A stretch of DNA of 63,239 bases, counting the filler, from Basidiobolus ranarum (lineage: Eukaryota), in the NCBI GenBank assembly GCA_040143965.1. It is 3 parts of 3 records of this genome, joined end to end, with 100 filler letters (N's around TTAATTAATTAA, not from the genome) between each part and the next. Parts side by side here need not be neighbours in the genome. Positions count along the whole stretch, not along the records: positions 42,303 to 63,239 come from JASJQH010007092.1; 2 more parts are not named here. One strand, given 5' to 3'. The notes under the pieces are model-generated. The model was not told the origin of the DNA. It did no database searches and saw nothing but the letters and a program-made list of their open reading frames with translations. The stretch's first letter is position 1, and each line of letters begins with the position of its first letter. Below are positions 62,228 to 63,239 of the stretch, in pieces. The position numbers and the translations under genes were made by a program.

Positions 62228-63239
62228 TTAGGCGGAAAGATCCTTCTTGAGAGTACCCATGAAAGCCTTCTTCTCTTCGGCAGTTTGGAAACGACCGTGT
62301 CCGAACTTGGAAGAAGTATCGATGAATTTGAGGGAAACCTTTTCGAGAGCAGATCTCTTGGTGTGGACCAAGAGGGACTTACGAAGAGTCAAGACTCTCT
62401 TCTTAACACCAATACAACAACCCTTGATCATGATGAAGTCCTCCTTTACGTTACCGTAATGGGGGAATCCACCCATGGGGGTGATGGACTTGGCAGTAAG
62501 ATCGTACTCGGTGGAGGCAGAGCTGGCATCGACACCGTTGGCAATACGGTAGATCTTCTTGTTAACCTCGGTACGGTGATGGAAACCATTTTGACCGGCA
62601 CGAGGAACGGAGTACATGACACGGGATGGATGCCAGGCACCAATACAAGCGACCTTACGAAGACCCTTGTGAGTCTTACGAGGAAGCTTCTTGGTTCCCC
62701 AACGGTGGGTAACACCTTCGAAACCCTTACCCTTGGTAACACCAATAACATCGATCATCTCATCTTGTTCGAAAACGGACTTGACATCGACGGTCTTCTC
62801 GAAGTGCTCTCTAGCCCAGTCAACCTTTTGGGCAACTGAACCACCGTTAAGTTGGATTTCAGCGATGTGAGCCTTCTTTTGACCAATGTTGACCTTACGG
62901 ACTTGAGTATGGGCAATGACGCGAACAACGGAACAGTACTTCTTGATACGTTCCAATTCACGGAGGATGGGCTTGGCACCATCAGCATGCTTCTTGGCAT
63001 ACTTGGTGAAAGCCTTCTTCTTGGAGCGATACCAGTTCTTGTAGAATCTACGCTTAACTTCATCAGATAAATGTTCGGCCCAGACGGTAGTCAAGGAACG
63101 AAGACCACGAGGGGTCTCAACATAACCAACAACACCAACGATGACCATAGCGGGAACTTCGATGATGGTAACGGGTTCGACGATTTCCTTCTTGTGGTTC
63201 TTGGATCCAGGACGATCCAAATCACGAACGATATGAGTC
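62228..63239 (-). CDS. RPL3: 60S ribosomal protein L3 (5' part outside window)
   Basis: [50 protein letters not shown] and [13 protein letters not shown]; strong codon bias. Confidence 0.99.
   Translation of the reverse strand, partial: THIVRDLDRPGSKNHKKEIVEPVTIIEVPAMVIVGVVGYVETPRGLRSLTTVWAEHLSDEVKRRFYKNWYRSKKKAFTKYAKKHADGAKPILRELERIKKYCSVVRVIAHTQVRKVNIGQKKAHIAEIQLNGGSVAQKVDWAREHFEKTVDVKSVFEQDEMIDVIGVTKGKGFEGVTHRWGTKKLPRKTHKGLRKVACIGAWHPSRVMYSVPRAGQNGFHHRTEVNKKIYRIANGVDASSASTEYDLTAKSITPMGGFPHYGNVKEDFIMIKGCCIGVKKRVLTLRKSLLVHTKRSALEKVSLKFIDTSSKFGHGRFQTAEEKKAFMGTLKKDLSA

Noticed and set aside
62216-63070. Long + strand ORFs opposite RPL3 (and similar antisense ORFs over the NRPS, ERG26-like, arrestin and 2H genes)
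   Set aside because: Shadow ORFs produced by codon bias of the real gene on the other strand.
1-63239. tRNA, rRNA or snRNA genes
   Set aside because: No cloverleaf with A/B boxes or recognisable structural RNA motif was found by eye; a covariance-model search would be needed to exclude small RNAs.

Overview
Eukaryotic, intron-rich, gene-dense fungal DNA with short GT-AG introns (mostly about 50-100 nt) and CTAAC/CTGAC branch points. It is most consistent with an early-diverging fungus; a Basidiobolus-like zoopagomycete is my inference, not something the sequence proves. The window is three sequence blocks joined by two identical artificial 100-nt linkers (N44-TTAATTAATTAA-N44 at 21162-21261 and 42203-42302), so adjacency across them is unproven. 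Block 1 holds a Ty3/gypsy gag scrap, an ALA2-like P4-ATPase flippase, a SmgGDS-like ARM protein, ACBP, a single-finger CreA-like protein, a Lec1/YPR097W-like PX protein, a decayed BTB gene, a secreted 2H-phosphoesterase and a truncated UNC-93-like transporter. Block 2 holds a CpG-free LINE remnant, an alpha-arrestin, a 7.6-kb gene-poor spacer and a large stand-alone NRPS (partial C-A-T-E-C-A-T-C-A-T-E..., cut by the gap). Block 3 is housekeeping: a HeH/LEM fragment, GCV1, trifunctional TRP1, F-box/WD40, an alpha/beta-hydrolase, an ERG26-like SDR, an RRM protein, coronin, TatD, STF2-like, a PX protein and RPL3. The most notable items are the D-amino-acid-incorporating NRPS (with a Gly-to-Arg change in the A8 motif of module 2), an apparently obligatory 2-nt microexon in coronin, and the secreted 2H-phosphoesterase. 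All family calls come from motif recognition by eye, not database searches.
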